A stretch of DNA of 41,163 nucleotides from a virus: positions 1-41,163 of IMG/VR virus record IMGVR_UViG_3300045988_125200. One strand, given 5' to 3'. Positions 1 through 8,264 of this stretch are shown piece after piece (position 1 is the first letter of the stretch; each line of letters begins with the position of its first letter). The position numbers and the translations under genes are program-made. A model generated the notes under the pieces. It made no database searches, was not told the origin of the DNA, and worked only from the letters and a program-made list of their open reading frames with translations.

Positions 1-54
1 CAAGTGTCTGGCCTGTTTTCTTAACAAATGTTACAACTGCTGTAAGCGCATTTC
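1..54. repeat. Terminal direct repeat (assembly or circularisation overlap), identical to 41110..41163
   Basis: Direct comparison shows caagtgtctggcctgttttcttaacaaatgttacaactgctgtaagcgcatttc at both ends. Confidence 0.95.
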
Positions 55-183
55 CGATCAGCCTCGCGAGCGTCTGGCCAATTTTCTTGACAAACGTTAC
101 AGTAACAGTCAATGTTGTACCAATCAAACCAGCAAGTGTCTGGCCTGCTTCTTTTACAAAGAATACTGTGGCTGTGATCACTG
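1..183 (-). repeat. 66-nt (22-aa) tandem repeats inside the tape measure gene, part 1
   Basis: The motif gtctggcc recurs at 6, 72 and 138 (period 66). The peptide repeat is xxxTxTVTFVKKxGQTLAGLIG. Confidence 0.85.
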
Positions 184-2386
184 TATCAACAGTTTCCAAT
201 CCCTTCAAAAAGAGCTTCCATACTTCTTTAGCTACTTTCTTCCAATCGACTTTCTTTAACCCGGATAAGATTGCATCAACGAGACCTTCAGCTAATTTAA
301 TTACAGCAATAATTGCGTTACAAATGGCTGTACCGACTGCAGCCAAACAGCCCACCCAATCGATATTAGTTAAGAATGTTCCAATGCCCTCACCTACAGC
401 GTTCCAGTCAGTCTGCTCGAGTGCGGTATTAATCGTTGAAAAAATTCCTTTAAACCCATCAGACAATGTCTGTCCTGCTTTGGTCCAGTCAAGATTTTTT
501 ATAAAACCATCGATAGCATCTGCAATAGCCTGGCCAAATTCAGCCCAATCAAATGTTTCTACAAAGGTGTATGCAAATTCGATAACTGTATTAATCCCTT
601 CGGCAAAAGTCTTACCGACCAGTTCCCAGTCTGTTGCGGCAATGAAGCCGTTTAAGAATGTTGCTATACTTTTTGCAATTTTCCTAGATGTTTCTTTAAT
701 CTTCTCCCATGGGATATTCCCAAGCGCCTCATTTAATTTTCGGCCGAAGATTTCGCCGATTTCTGTAAAATCGGCCTTTTCCCAGGCTTCTTTGACCATT
801 TTTGCGAAGTCTGCAATACCTGTGTCTATAGTCTCGGTAGTAAACATATTGCCGGCACCTACTCCGGTACCGCCGCCTCCACCTCCACCGGAACCACCAC
901 CTCCGGAAGAATCGTCATCATCCAGCTTATTGACTTCATCAAAACCAAGCAATGTACGCTTTAATTTTTCCGCCGCCGTGTTGGCCTTGTCTGCTGAAGA
1001 AGCCGTTTTACCAAGACTGGCCGCATAATCTGTGCTGACTCTCTTGGCAACCGTGTAACTACTCTTTCCAGTGATGGCCGCAAAAAGCTGTGCTAGTGCA
1101 TTGACTGCCGCAAGAACATAATCAATCAACTGACTGAGCATCGGTGTTACAGCTTCCAGAATTGGTGAAAAAGCTGTTGCCAATGCATTTTTAAGCTGAT
1201 TAAGCTGTGATACCAGCAGTGACAGGCTTTGATTTGTTGCATTTGAATAACCGGCAAGGTTGTTCATTCCGTCTTTCACGCCGTTAAATACACCGGTGAT
1301 TAAGAAACTTGCCACCATAAAGCGGGCCGTCATGCCAAGCGTGCTTAATGCCCTGCTCAGAATACCGCCCTGCTGACCAGTTCGTCTTGCAGCCCCCGTA
1401 AATCTGTTTAAGACGGGAATGCCGGAAGCAAACTTTTGAATCATTGAAGCAGCTGCACCACCGGCTTTTACGATGCCGGTGCCTATGCCTTTCAGCGCAA
1501 ACGAAAGAAGTGATAATCCTTTTCTGCCAAGATAAGCACTTTCTGTCAATACGCGGCCGATAACCGGAATGCTCTGAATTGTTTCGGCCACTTGGGTTCT
1601 AATCTGTTTTAAAGCAGAAACCGCAACAGAAGCTGCTGTCTTCGCTGTGACTCCTGCGGATCCAATCATACTTCCGGAGCTCAAGCCTTTTACCACAGGG
1701 CTCACATTTGCACCGCTGGACTCCATCTGCATTTTCTCCCCGTTGTACATCTGAAGCTTCGACCTTGCCTCTTGAATCTGATTAGAGAGGCCTTTCCATG
1801 CATCTGTTTCCACCTGACTCGAACCATCACTGACCATTTCGTCAAGTTCGCCTTTGACATATTTTGCCTCGTTTCTGACTTCTTCGAGCTGTTCCACAAG
1901 CTTTTGATATACGCCGTCGTTATTTGGAATGCCGATGTCATCATACATTTGTTTTTGCTGTGACAGCTCATCGATTCGCTTCAATGCGGATTCGTACTGA
2001 TTCTGTGCCGCAAGGTAATCCTCAGAAGGTTTGAAGCGCTTAGTGTCAGGCATAGAGGCCTGTTTTTTATTCAGAATATCAATTTGCCTTTCCGTATCCT
2101 TGATAGCTTGCTGCAAATTCAGATAACTATCCGAATATTTTTTTATACCTGCCTCGACACTGGCATCATTACTCATTTTTCTGATTTCGGCATTCATGCT
2201 CCGGATAGAATCAATCACTTTTTTTGCCGGGCCATTAAGATTTTGCATACTCTTTGAGCCTTTCTGAGTAGATGCATCTACATGTTTCATTGCGTCAGAT
2301 GTTTCCTTCTTAATAGCATTCATTTTTTCTTTATACGGCCGAATCACTGCATCGATAACAACTTTCAATGTTTCAAGTTCTTTCAA
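1..2386 (-). CDS. Tape measure protein, N-terminal about 795 codons (continues at 41109 on the circle)
   Basis: The minus frame is open from TTG 2386 to the window edge. That start follows GAGGAGGTG and overlaps the upstream TGA as TTGA. The ORF is missing from the ORF track only because its stop lies across the junction. The product has a coiled-coil N-terminus, a hydrophobic/Gly-rich core, a DDDDSSGGGGSGGGGGG linker and W-rich repeats. It sits directly after the chaperone pair. Confidence 0.85.
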   Translation of the reverse strand, partial: MKELETLKVVIDAVIRPYKEKMNAIKKETSDAMKHVDASTQKGSKSMQNLNGPAKKVIDSIRSMNAEIRKMSNDASVEAGIKKYSDSYLNLQQAIKDTERQIDILNKKQASMPDTKRFKPSEDYLAAQNQYESALKRIDELSQQKQMYDDIGIPNNDGVYQKLVEQLEEVRNEAKYVKGELDEMVSDGSSQVETDAWKGLSNQIQEARSKLQMYNGEKMQMESSGANVSPVVKGLSSGSMIGSAGVTAKTAASVAVSALKQIRTQVAETIQSIPVIGRVLTESAYLGRKGLSLLSFALKGIGTGIVKAGGAAASMIQKFASGIPVLNRFTGAARRTGQQGGILSRALSTLGMTARFMVASFLITGVFNGVKDGMNNLAGYSNATNQSLSLLVSQLNQLKNALATAFSPILEAVTPMLSQLIDYVLAAVNALAQLFAAITGKSSYTVAKRVSTDYAASLGKTASSADKANTAAEKLKRTLLGFDEVNKLDDDDSSGGGGSGGGGGGGTGVGAGNMFTTETIDTGIADFAKMVKEAWEKADFTEIGEIFGRKLNEALGNIPWEKIKETSRKIAKSIATFLNGFIAATDWELVGKTFAEGINTVIEFAYTFVETFDWAEFGQAIADAIDGFIKNLDWTKAGQTLSDGFKGIFSTINTALEQTDWNAVGEGIGTFLTNIDWVGCLAAVGTAICNAIIAVIKLAEGLVDAILSGLKKVDWKKVAKEVWKLFLKGLETVDTVITATVFFVKEAGQTLAGLIGTTLTVTVTFVKKIGQTLARLIGNALTAVVTFVKKTGQTL

Positions 2387-2736
2387 GTATCCACCTCCTC
2401 CCCTTTATGTCTTTGTGCATTAAATTTCTTTACTCTCTGTCGCCAAGCTGCTTTATAATTTTCCAGCTCAGCCGCTTCTTTTTCTTTTTCAAAGTCTGCT
2501 TTTTCATCCGCAAACAATGTTGGATATACATCCCACGGCATTGTAAGATTTTCCTTTTCTGCCATCGGATGCTGCTCGGCTGTGATCCTGGCCAGCAAAA
2601 AGCAATCCATAATGGCATCTTTACGCCTGCGGCGCTGATTTCGCTGGTAACTCGCCATAATATCCAGATTTTCAGCAATAGAATTGCCCCAGAAAGCGGC
2701 AGGACTTATACCGCAATCTAGGGCATCTTCATACAT
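2383..2736 (-). CDS. Tail assembly chaperone, -1 frameshift extension (gpT-like part of a G-T fusion)
   Basis: This ORF lies in the -1 frame relative to 2760..3203. That frame is open from the slippery site at 2823-2829 to the TGA at 2383. The ORF sits between the chaperone and the tape measure. Confidence 0.7.
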   Translation of the reverse strand: MYEDALDCGISPAAFWGNSIAENLDIMASYQRNQRRRRKDAIMDCFLLARITAEQHPMAEKENLTMPWDVYPTLFADEKADFEKEKEAAELENYKAAWRQRVKKFNAQRHKGEEVDT

Positions 2737-2759
2737 ATTTTCAATGATCTCCGTAAGTG

Positions 2760-3203
2760 TTACAGCATCTGCTGAGTCGCTGCTTCCAACTTGTCCTCCA
2801 TTGCCTCTGCTTGCTCTGCTGTAAAAAAACCAGATACCGCCATAATACCCATAATGACATTCGTATACAGCTTCATCTGGTCGCCACCCTCTTCAACATA
2901 TCTGTCATACAGTTTCTGAACCTTTTCAAAGGTCAGGCTGTGCTGGTATTTCACAGTAGCACTCTGGACAATTGTCAGCATAACGCCCAGTGCCGGAATA
3001 CCATTCATTGAAATGACATTTAACAGATTCTGTCCGAATTTTTCTTCCAGACGGCAGACGGCGGCCGAGTCCAACTTTAATCTGTAACTTTCACCGCCGA
3101 TTTCCCATACATAAAAAGGTCTTTTCTTTGGCTTTTCAAATTCAACAACCTTTTCCTCGTTTTTTTCTTCCGTAATCTCTTCGTCTAATCCAAATACACT
3201 CAT
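2760..3203 (-). CDS. Tail assembly chaperone (gpG-like)
   Basis: 147-aa acidic protein between the major tail and tape measure genes. It contains the slippery site near its 3' end. Confidence 0.75.
   Translation of the reverse strand: MSVFGLDEEITEEKNEEKVVEFEKPKKRPFYVWEIGGESYRLKLDSAAVCRLEEKFGQNLLNVISMNGIPALGVMLTIVQSATVKYQHSLTFEKVQKLYDRYVEEGGDQMKLYTNVIMGIMAVSGFFTAEQAEAMEDKLEAATQQML
2823..2829 (-). promoter_or_regulatory. Programmed -1 ribosomal frameshift slippery heptamer T_TTT_TTT
   Basis: The minus strand reads GGT TTT TTT ACA in the chaperone frame (..SGFFT..). This is a perfect X_XXY_YYZ site, and the -1 frame has no stop before it joins ORF 2383..2736. Confidence 0.7.
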
Positions 3204-3220
3204 TTTTTTCGCACTCCTAA

Positions 3221-3637
3221 TTATGATGGATCTGTGTAAGTGAGGTCACTCTGTACAGCCACAGTCAGTTCAAATTCTACAACGCCATTCACACCGCCGC
3301 CGGTCATCTTCACAGATGGCTGCGCATCATATGCAATAGTTGTCCCGTCTTTTAAAGTTTCCTTGAAAGACAGAACATCTCCATTATCTGCTGCTTTTCT
3401 TAATACACGATATGGACTGTCGACCTTTGAATTATCGTATTTGAACTTATACTTCATATCACCCAAGTCGCCAATGCCATTTTCGTACTGTTTGTTTTTA
3501 TCCGTCAAACAGGTGTTTTCGACCTTTTCCGGTTCAACACCAATATCTGGAACCTCTTTCAATCCTGGAAGATCTGTGTATTCTCCTTCAGCGTCTGTCT
3601 TCTTTTTATAGCCTAATTTCGCACCATTAACTAACAT
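3221..3637 (-). CDS. Major tail protein
   Basis: 138 aa with an RBS, located just upstream of the chaperones. The sequence resembles phi13/TP901-1-type major tail proteins from memory. Confidence 0.75.
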   Translation of the reverse strand: MLVNGAKLGYKKKTDAEGEYTDLPGLKEVPDIGVEPEKVENTCLTDKNKQYENGIGDLGDMKYKFKYDNSKVDSPYRVLRKAADNGDVLSFKETLKDGTTIAYDAQPSVKMTGGGVNGVVEFELTVAVQSDLTYTDPS

Positions 3638-3651
3638 ATTCTCTTTGCCTC

Positions 3652-4005
3652 CTATTCGAAAAATGTCATCTGTGTTTCGTTGTCAATAATTACCTCATAG
3701 CGCATGATCTTATGTTTTAAACCGCTCGGGTCATCCACATCCATGCACTGTGTCCTTTTAAGGCCTAATCCGGCCAAAGCCTCGTCGACGGCAAGTGCTG
3801 CCCTTGATGTGCTCTTGTTATCCCAGATATCAATGCGATACCGACAGAAAGACTTTTCCTCTTTGTCAGTAAATTCATAAACCTTGTTATCTTCTTCCAT
3901 ATACTGAACGGCCGGAAGGACTGCCCAATCTTTTGGATAAGAATCTGACACGTTATTCAGCTTTTCTAATAACGCTGCATACACCTGATCTTTTACATTG
4001 ATCAT
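3652..4005 (-). CDS. Tail terminator / tail completion protein (putative)
   Basis: 117 aa with an ATGA start-stop overlap with the upstream gene. The call rests on synteny between the HK97 gp10-like gene and the major tail gene. Confidence 0.5.
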   Translation of the reverse strand: MINVKDQVYAALLEKLNNVSDSYPKDWAVLPAVQYMEEDNKVYEFTDKEEKSFCRYRIDIWDNKSTSRAALAVDEALAGLGLKRTQCMDVDDPSGLKHKIMRYEVIIDNETQMTFFE

Positions 4006-4520
4006 TGCACTTCTCCTATCTTTTCTTTGACATATTTTTTATAGATATCGATAATTTCCTCTACATTGTCAGCCATAGCAGGATACAGAAAAGGTCTTGC
4101 CGGCTGACCTTTGGTGTAATATCCGATGACTTTACCTTCCTTATCCTTGGCAATGCCGAAACCGTATTCTCTTGCTTCCTCCTCGGACATAGCACTGGCC
4201 GGCATCATCCATCCTGTCTGACGGTAAGCAACTGGAATATTCGGAGATATTCCCTGATGATTAGCCTGTCCGTTCGGACCTGTACCAAACTCAACATAGC
4301 CCGCATGGCTCTTGTTTGTAAAGCAGGTGCTGCGTGCATCCAGTTCATTGCCCCTTACATCTATGTAGATGGAGCCTCTTAGCTCACTTGTTCTTACACG
4401 CACACTGCTCTTCGCTGCCTCTTGCACAAGTGCTATCGCTTTACTGGTCGGAATACGAATATCCACATCTTCAAGTCTTCCTAGTTTAGCTGTAAACCGT
4501 TCAAGCCCTTCTATTGACAA
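4002..4520 (-). CDS. HK97 gp10-like neck / tail-completion protein
   Basis: 172 aa with a TTG start after GGAGG. Position in the connector module and sequence style (MSIEGLERF..VRVRTSELRGSI) support the call. Confidence 0.6.
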   Translation of the reverse strand: MSIEGLERFTAKLGRLEDVDIRIPTSKAIALVQEAAKSSVRVRTSELRGSIYIDVRGNELDARSTCFTNKSHAGYVEFGTGPNGQANHQGISPNIPVAYRQTGWMMPASAMSEEEAREYGFGIAKDKEGKVIGYYTKGQPARPFLYPAMADNVEEIIDIYKKYVKEKIGEVQ

Positions 4521-4881
4521 TCCTCTCTGCCTCCATTCTCAAATGTCCCGCTGGTCGGACAGCAATAATCTGATATTCTTGTTGTTTACTGCCGTGCAAA
4601 GAAATCCCATCTTTTTCTCGGATAGCTAAGCCATTTTCAAGAACATACGTCATCGCTCCGTCTTCCGTCTGAATCTGATACCGACCGTCTATCTCAAGAT
4701 TGATGATATAATTCAACCGTTCACCATACATTTCTACCTGTGTCTTGCCGGAAGCAGGCCAGACAATTGCTTTTGCTGTACCAGCATCTGAAAAGGTTTC
4801 ATAACGTCCACCCTCAGAATCTTTCTCGACAATTCTCTTTTTGATATGGATTTCTTTAAGCTCACTTCTTTTCAAACGCAT
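4501..4881 (-). CDS. Head closure / head-tail adaptor (SPP1 gp16-like)
   Basis: The ATG at 4881 (MRLKRSEL..) follows a GAGGGTGG RBS. It is preferred over the longer TTG start at 4899. Connector-module synteny supports the call. Confidence 0.65.
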   Translation of the reverse strand: MRLKRSELKEIHIKKRIVEKDSEGGRYETFSDAGTAKAIVWPASGKTQVEMYGERLNYIINLEIDGRYQIQTEDGAMTYVLENGLAIREKDGISLHGSKQQEYQIIAVRPAGHLRMEAERIVNRRA

Positions 4882-5182
4882 GGCCACCCACCCTCGCAAG
4901 ACGGTATCTGTTCAAAATACTGTAGATAGACTGCGGTGCATTGTCGAAAGAATAAGAAGAACCACCGTCATTACGGCTATTCTCCCCCTCGGTCCCCATC
5001 CGATTCAATGCCATTACAGCCAAGTCAAGTACCGGCTTTTTCAGAACGTCCGGCAGCTTTGTCCGGTTTGTATATGCCAGGACATAGGATTCTGCCTCTT
5101 CAAGTAGAAGAGAGAGCAACTCTTCGTCACTCTCTCCCGTCAGCTTTTTTAACTTTTCAAGCTCTGTCAAATCAGACCACAT
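4862..5182 (-). CDS. Head-tail connector (gp6-like / SPP1 gp15-like)
   Basis: 106 aa. The N-terminus (LTELEKLKKLTGESDEELLSLLLEEAESYVLAYTNR) is typical of gp6-like connector proteins. Confidence 0.7.
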   Translation of the reverse strand: MWSDLTELEKLKKLTGESDEELLSLLLEEAESYVLAYTNRTKLPDVLKKPVLDLAVMALNRMGTEGENSRNDGGSSYSFDNAPQSIYSILNRYRLARVGGHAFEKK

Positions 5183-5414
5183 CCTTTAGCGCATCCAAAA
5201 GTTCAGTCTTTGTAAGACTCGAGTACCCGGATAATCCCTTCTCTTTCGCTAAAGCCCGAAGGTGTGTTGTATCCATGTCTGATAAATCAATTGGTTCCTT
5301 CGTTCCCGACACCATTTCGACAGGCTCGACTTCTGTATATCCTTTTGCTTTCAGACATTCAACAGCATCCAGCGTCTCCGCGATACGTTCAATATTGTTT
5401 TTGACCATTCTCAT
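5172..5414 (-). CDS. Small protein with a Rho-N/SAP-like C-terminal motif
   Basis: The segment HLRALAKEKGLSGYSSLTKTELLDALK resembles a Rho N-terminal (HeH) motif. Genes of this kind are common immediately after capsid genes. Confidence 0.55.
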   Translation of the reverse strand: MRMVKNNIERIAETLDAVECLKAKGYTEVEPVEMVSGTKEPIDLSDMDTTHLRALAKEKGLSGYSSLTKTELLDALKDVV

Positions 5415-5426
5415 AATGACCACCCA

Positions 5427-6359
5427 TTACTGCGCATCTTTGATGCTCATGAAAATGCTGTCCAGCTTGTTATCAAGGATCCACAGATCGTGAAATCTTC
5501 TGTAGTCCATGCTCCATGCGTCTGCTTTCTGGTAAGTATTCGGGTCAAAGATTCGCATCTTGTCCTGCTTGGAAATAGCCAGTGGCGTGGTTCTTGGCAT
5601 AACTAAGAAGTTAATATCTTTTCCTGTTGTACCTTTTGTATAGCCGCCTGCCTTCTGGTCAGAGCTCTTGCCATCATAAACTGTAATGGCTGTGTACATA
5701 CGATTGGACGGTGTAGATACAATAGGCACGCCGTCTACAGCTGGTACAATTGTATCAATGCCACCCTTAGAGAAGGTCACGGATGTAATCTTACCAGCCA
5801 GCTCAAGCTCAAGCTCCAGGATGAAATCTGGTGTTGCGTGTACAACCAGCGGACCATTATAACCATTGCTTCTTACTGCTTTGATGCCTTCTTTGATTTT
5901 TCTAAGAGCGGATGTGCTCGCTGCTCCCGGTGTATAGCCATACTCTGTCATACCCGCTTTTGCTGCTTTAATTACCTCTGAAGCAATCTTAGAGAGACGA
6001 TACGCATCAATCTCAGGAACAACATACATTCTCTGAAATTCGCCCATAACAGATGCTGCTGTTGCCACAAAGTTGGTCTCATTTACATCCATGGAATCCA
6101 GCTGGAATTTACGACCTCTGTCCTGTGTCATTTTTCTTGTTTCATATTCCAGAGTAACGGCACCCTGTACATATCCTTCATCTCTATCGTAATCTGCAAG
6201 ACCCTGTACACTCAACTTTGGAATCTTGACCTCTGCGCCGCCGTTATAGATAACCTGTCCGGCGTTACCTTCCATCCATCCTGTCACTGCATCCTGTACA
6301 GCGGCCTTATCAAGTGTTTTCTGAAACAATGTTGCTGTTGCTAATGTATTAATTGCCAT
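5427..6359 (-). CDS. Major capsid protein
   Basis: 310 aa with a strong RBS (AAAGGAG), immediately downstream of the scaffold gene. Confidence 0.85.
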   Translation of the reverse strand: MAINTLATATLFQKTLDKAAVQDAVTGWMEGNAGQVIYNGGAEVKIPKLSVQGLADYDRDEGYVQGAVTLEYETRKMTQDRGRKFQLDSMDVNETNFVATAASVMGEFQRMYVVPEIDAYRLSKIASEVIKAAKAGMTEYGYTPGAASTSALRKIKEGIKAVRSNGYNGPLVVHATPDFILELELELAGKITSVTFSKGGIDTIVPAVDGVPIVSTPSNRMYTAITVYDGKSSDQKAGGYTKGTTGKDINFLVMPRTTPLAISKQDKMRIFDPNTYQKADAWSMDYRRFHDLWILDNKLDSIFMSIKDAQ

Positions 6360-6375
6360 GTTTTAGTCTCCTTTC

Positions 6376-6981
6376 TTACATACGCCCCATAATCAGCGCT
6401 TCAACCTGTTTTTCCATGCTATCGGCATCACTTTCAGGTGCTTTTTTCATTGGTTCGCCGCCTTTCAAACGCTCCTGAACAGCTGCCTCAACAGCTGCCT
6501 GGAATGTTTTTTCGACTGCTGCAATAGATTTGTTGCACGTCTCTGCATCCGTGTAATTTAACACTTCCGCCAAGCCTGCAGGCAGTTTCTTTTCAGCCAG
6601 TGTATTTTTCGCTTCGGCCATCAATTCTTTTCTGGCCACAGCCGATTCCCTGTCTGAAAGTTCTTTCTCTTTCTTCTGTTGCATGTACGCTGCTTTCTCT
6701 TCTTTGTTCATTTTCGCCAGCTTTTCGGCCTCTGAAAGCTTGTCATCTGCCAGCGCCTGCCACTTCTGCTGTGCATTACTCACCGCCGTATCAATTGCCT
6801 TCTGAACACGACGGTCAAATTCTGCCTGATTGCCTTCCTGCGCAAGAAAGCCATCAAAAGACAGCGGTTCATTGTTTGTACCCTCGCCACTTGCACCAGC
6901 TCCACTGACGTTTCCGCCTCCGGCTCCGTCACCGTCTCCTTCTGCAAACAACTGTAATGTCATTGGAAAAATTTTTTTCAT
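6376..6981 (-). CDS. Capsid scaffolding protein (DUF4355-like) with an L27-like N-terminal leader
   Basis: 201 aa, Ala/Glu/Lys-rich and helical. The N-terminus is MKKIFPMTLQLFA|EGDGDG. It lies upstream of the capsid gene. Confidence 0.8.
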   Translation of the reverse strand: MKKIFPMTLQLFAEGDGDGAGGGNVSGAGASGEGTNNEPLSFDGFLAQEGNQAEFDRRVQKAIDTAVSNAQQKWQALADDKLSEAEKLAKMNKEEKAAYMQQKKEKELSDRESAVARKELMAEAKNTLAEKKLPAGLAEVLNYTDAETCNKSIAAVEKTFQAAVEAAVQERLKGGEPMKKAPESDADSMEKQVEALIMGRM

Positions 6982-7066
6982 GTTCTATCCTTTCCGCCCC
7001 AGCCCATTCAGTTAAGCCCAGGCCATTGCTTTAAGCTTTTAGTTTAACGACATTTCGGTCACATCG

Positions 7067-7354
7067 TTACAATATCCGGATATACCCCGGCTGAATCTCA
7101 TCTACCATGCAAACGCCAATAAAAAAAGAATCTATCAAAGCTCTTGCCTTTTCTGATAAATCCTTATATCTTGCATCAACCCACCCAGGTTGCACATCGT
7201 ATTCAATTTCATCCTTTGTTAAATCCACAAGCGATTGGAGCGTTGTTAGAGACAGAATCGTCACGGCTGCGCAGACAACGTCTTCACCTTTGGTAGCATA
7301 ATTAGCATGGCCAGACACAGTCAATCGGTCTTTTCTTACCGTTACATCAATCAA
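7067..7354 (-). CDS. prp: Prp-family cysteine protease (ribosomal-processing protease homolog)
   Basis: 95 aa with the motifs VSGHANYATKGEDVVCAAVT.. and ..GYIRIL, matching the Prp/YsxB (DUF464) His-Cys pattern. TTG start. Confidence 0.7.
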   Translation of the reverse strand: MIDVTVRKDRLTVSGHANYATKGEDVVCAAVTILSLTTLQSLVDLTKDEIEYDVQPGWVDARYKDLSEKARALIDSFFIGVCMVDEIQPGYIRIL

Positions 7355-7419
7355 CGTTCACCACATCCTTTCGTTCCGGCCGTTCCCTGCCGGTGGGAGA
7401 TGAATGGATCACCGCCTTT

Positions 7420-7719
7420 CTATGGTTCAATCCGATTGATATCGTATTCAACAGCACATGTATGCTCAATCTTGCATCCTCTCGCATCTTCCCAACCCGG
7501 AGCAAAATAAGCCACATCAGCATCTGCCAGAAGTTCCAAAGATTTTCCTAAGAACCATAACGGCTTCGCATTGACCGGCGCTTTCTCAAAGAAGGAATCA
7601 ATTACTTCTACCGGTTCGCCAATCACCTTTTCTGCTGCCTCGATTGCTTTCTGACGTTCTTCCAGGATATCTTCATCTGATTTGCCGCGCATCGGCTGGC
7701 TGATAAATAATTTCTTCAT
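7420..7719 (-). CDS. DUF4406 / nucleoside 2-deoxyribosyltransferase-like protein
   Basis: 99 aa. The motifs LFISQPMRGKS..ADADVAYFAPGWEDARGCKIE match my recollection of the DUF4406 pattern. Strong RBS (AGGAGGTG). Confidence 0.5.
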   Translation of the reverse strand: MKKLFISQPMRGKSDEDILEERQKAIEAAEKVIGEPVEVIDSFFEKAPVNAKPLWFLGKSLELLADADVAYFAPGWEDARGCKIEHTCAVEYDINRIEP

Positions 7720-7725
7720 ACTGAT

Positions 7726-7854
7726 TTACACCTCCTGTTTTGGCTGAATGTTTCCACATCCACGACAATATGTTTTTTCACCAACTTCTTTAGTACACAT
7801 ACAATTATGTACTTCATCGCATTTCTTTTCATCCACTTCTACATAGTCTTCCAT
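7726..7854 (-). CDS. Cys-rich micro-protein (42 aa, not in the ORF track)
   Basis: My own translation gives MEDYVEVDEKKCDEVHNCMCTKEVGEKTYCRGCGNIQPKQEV. It fills the gap between two genes exactly. Its 3' end carries the RBS of the next gene, but its own RBS is weak. Confidence 0.4.
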   Translation of the reverse strand: MEDYVEVDEKKCDEVHNCMCTKEVGEKTYCRGCGNIQPKQEV

Positions 7855-7870
7855 ATTTTTTCTGTGCCCC

Positions 7871-8140
7871 CTATTCTTCTGTGTGACATGTATTGGTTAT
7901 TTTACCGTATACATCCTCATAAAGCTCCTGCTTATCACCGTTGTAGGTGTACTCAGCATAGATACCATCTCCACTTACTGTAGTGGATACCAGGCATTTA
8001 TAGTTCTGCAGCGTCTTACAGGACCATACTACAAATACATTTCCGAGATTAATCTGAACCCCCGGTTTGTTCTTGCGGTACCATTCAACAAGTTTCTTCC
8101 GTGCAACACTTTGAAAATGTGCCATTCCAGTAATAATCAT
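7871..8140 (-). CDS. Hypothetical protein (candidate immunity partner of the MuF C-terminal module)
   Basis: 89 aa with RBS AGAGAGG. It is the first gene downstream of the MuF gene and follows a 124-bp intergenic region. Confidence 0.6.
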   Translation of the reverse strand: MIITGMAHFQSVARKKLVEWYRKNKPGVQINLGNVFVVWSCKTLQNYKCLVSTTVSGDGIYAEYTYNGDKQELYEDVYGKITNTCHTEE

Positions 8141-8264
8141 GTTTTTTTACCTCTCTTTCTTGAAAAATCACACGTAGTATAGTAAAATAATTATAAGTTA
8201 AGAGTTGTTTTGTTCCCCCCTCTTGCCTCTGCTTTTGCAGAGTTGCCGGGAGCGAAGACAACTC

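Noticed and set aside
1-54. The 54-nt terminal repeat as transposon, LTR or cos ends
   Set aside because: The repeat lies inside a coding sequence whose frame is continuous across the ends. It is better explained as an assembler overlap on a circular or permuted genome.
87-1028. 313-aa plus-strand ORF with a PPPPPPPEPPPPE tract
   Set aside because: It lies antisense to the tape measure gene. The poly-Pro tract is simply the reverse complement of the tape-measure Gly-rich linker (GGx codons). It has no RBS, is low-complexity, and the tape-measure frame is the one with recognisable features.
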